Part shown: one piece after another, positions 63,567 to 64,000 of the stretch
How positions within the stretch are numbered: the stretch's first letter is position 1
How the letters are laid out: each line of letters begins with the position of its first letter
Source of the DNA: Glaucostegus cemiculus
Lineage: Eukaryota
DNA: 64,000 nucleotides
Direction: 5' to 3'
Assembly (NCBI GenBank): GCA_976551045.1
Contig: CDPCPM010000026.1
Coordinates: 14,880,001 to 14,944,000, forward strand
Notes under the pieces: generated by a model
Databases searched by the model: none
What the model was told of the DNA's origin: nothing
What the model saw: the letters and a program-made list of their open reading frames with translations, nothing else
Position numbers and translations under genes: made by a program

Positions 63567-64000
63567 GCTTTCTCAAGGAGCTGCCAAACACTGCAGCCAC
63601 ACTAGCCCACCTCACTGGGTTGACTTGCCTCAAATTCAATAAACAGATCCTTACTGCATTTCAGAGCTTTTTAGTCTCAAAAAACACTTCTGAATGCCAG
63701 CTATCTCATAAGTCATTCAAAGGAATTATGGCTTTATGAAAAATAAACCACTAATAATGTTAAACCACATAACTTCACTCAAGCAAGTTGTGCTCATCAA
63801 TCCTGCATTCTGCCATCACTCAATATTTGTTGTGGTTTTCTTTCTGGGAGCCATTATTCCTCCACCTTTTGTGTATACAACTATTTATTACATTTTGGTC
63901 CTAAGTTGTTATTTCTATTTTATCTTTAGTGGCATCTGCTTCTAGCCTGGCTGGAGACAGGTCTCTTTGCCACTCATGCTTAGTTTTACTGGGGAGCCAT

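Noticed and set aside
1-64000. Prokaryotic-style novel system (operon, defence island, retron)
   Set aside because: No gene-dense region or intact enzyme ORF; all RT and nuclease signatures belong to decayed vertebrate transposons

Overview
AT-rich, CpG-depleted eukaryotic DNA with no protein-coding exon, rRNA or tRNA gene, or CRISPR array that I can support; it reads as intronic or intergenic. The repeat complement is typical of a cartilaginous fish, possibly a batoid (inference from recalled repeat sequences, no search run): HE1-type V-SINEs, CR1/HER1-type LINEs, Deu-domain SINEs, Rex1/Babar, RTE, L2, PIF/Harbinger relics and Penelope-like element (PLE) ends. Nearly all ORF-track entries are chance ORFs or decayed transposon frames. 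Most notable observations: (1) about 12 PLE terminal fragments, most carrying a minimal type I hammerhead-ribozyme-like motif, of which 4-5 form asymmetric head-to-head palindromes and four have 15-16 bp flanking direct repeats (target-site-duplication-like); (2) two independent 89-bp segments and one 35-bp segment copied from 0.5-1 kb away into older repeats; (3) several nested insertions that can be reconstructed; (4) a MITE-like element with ~109-bp inverted arms; (5) several repeat-free, CpG-retaining, homeodomain/POU/TALE-motif-rich blocks that are candidate conserved enhancers. I see no convincing new multi-gene system. Family names come from recalled consensus motifs, and boundaries of old repeats are approximate.
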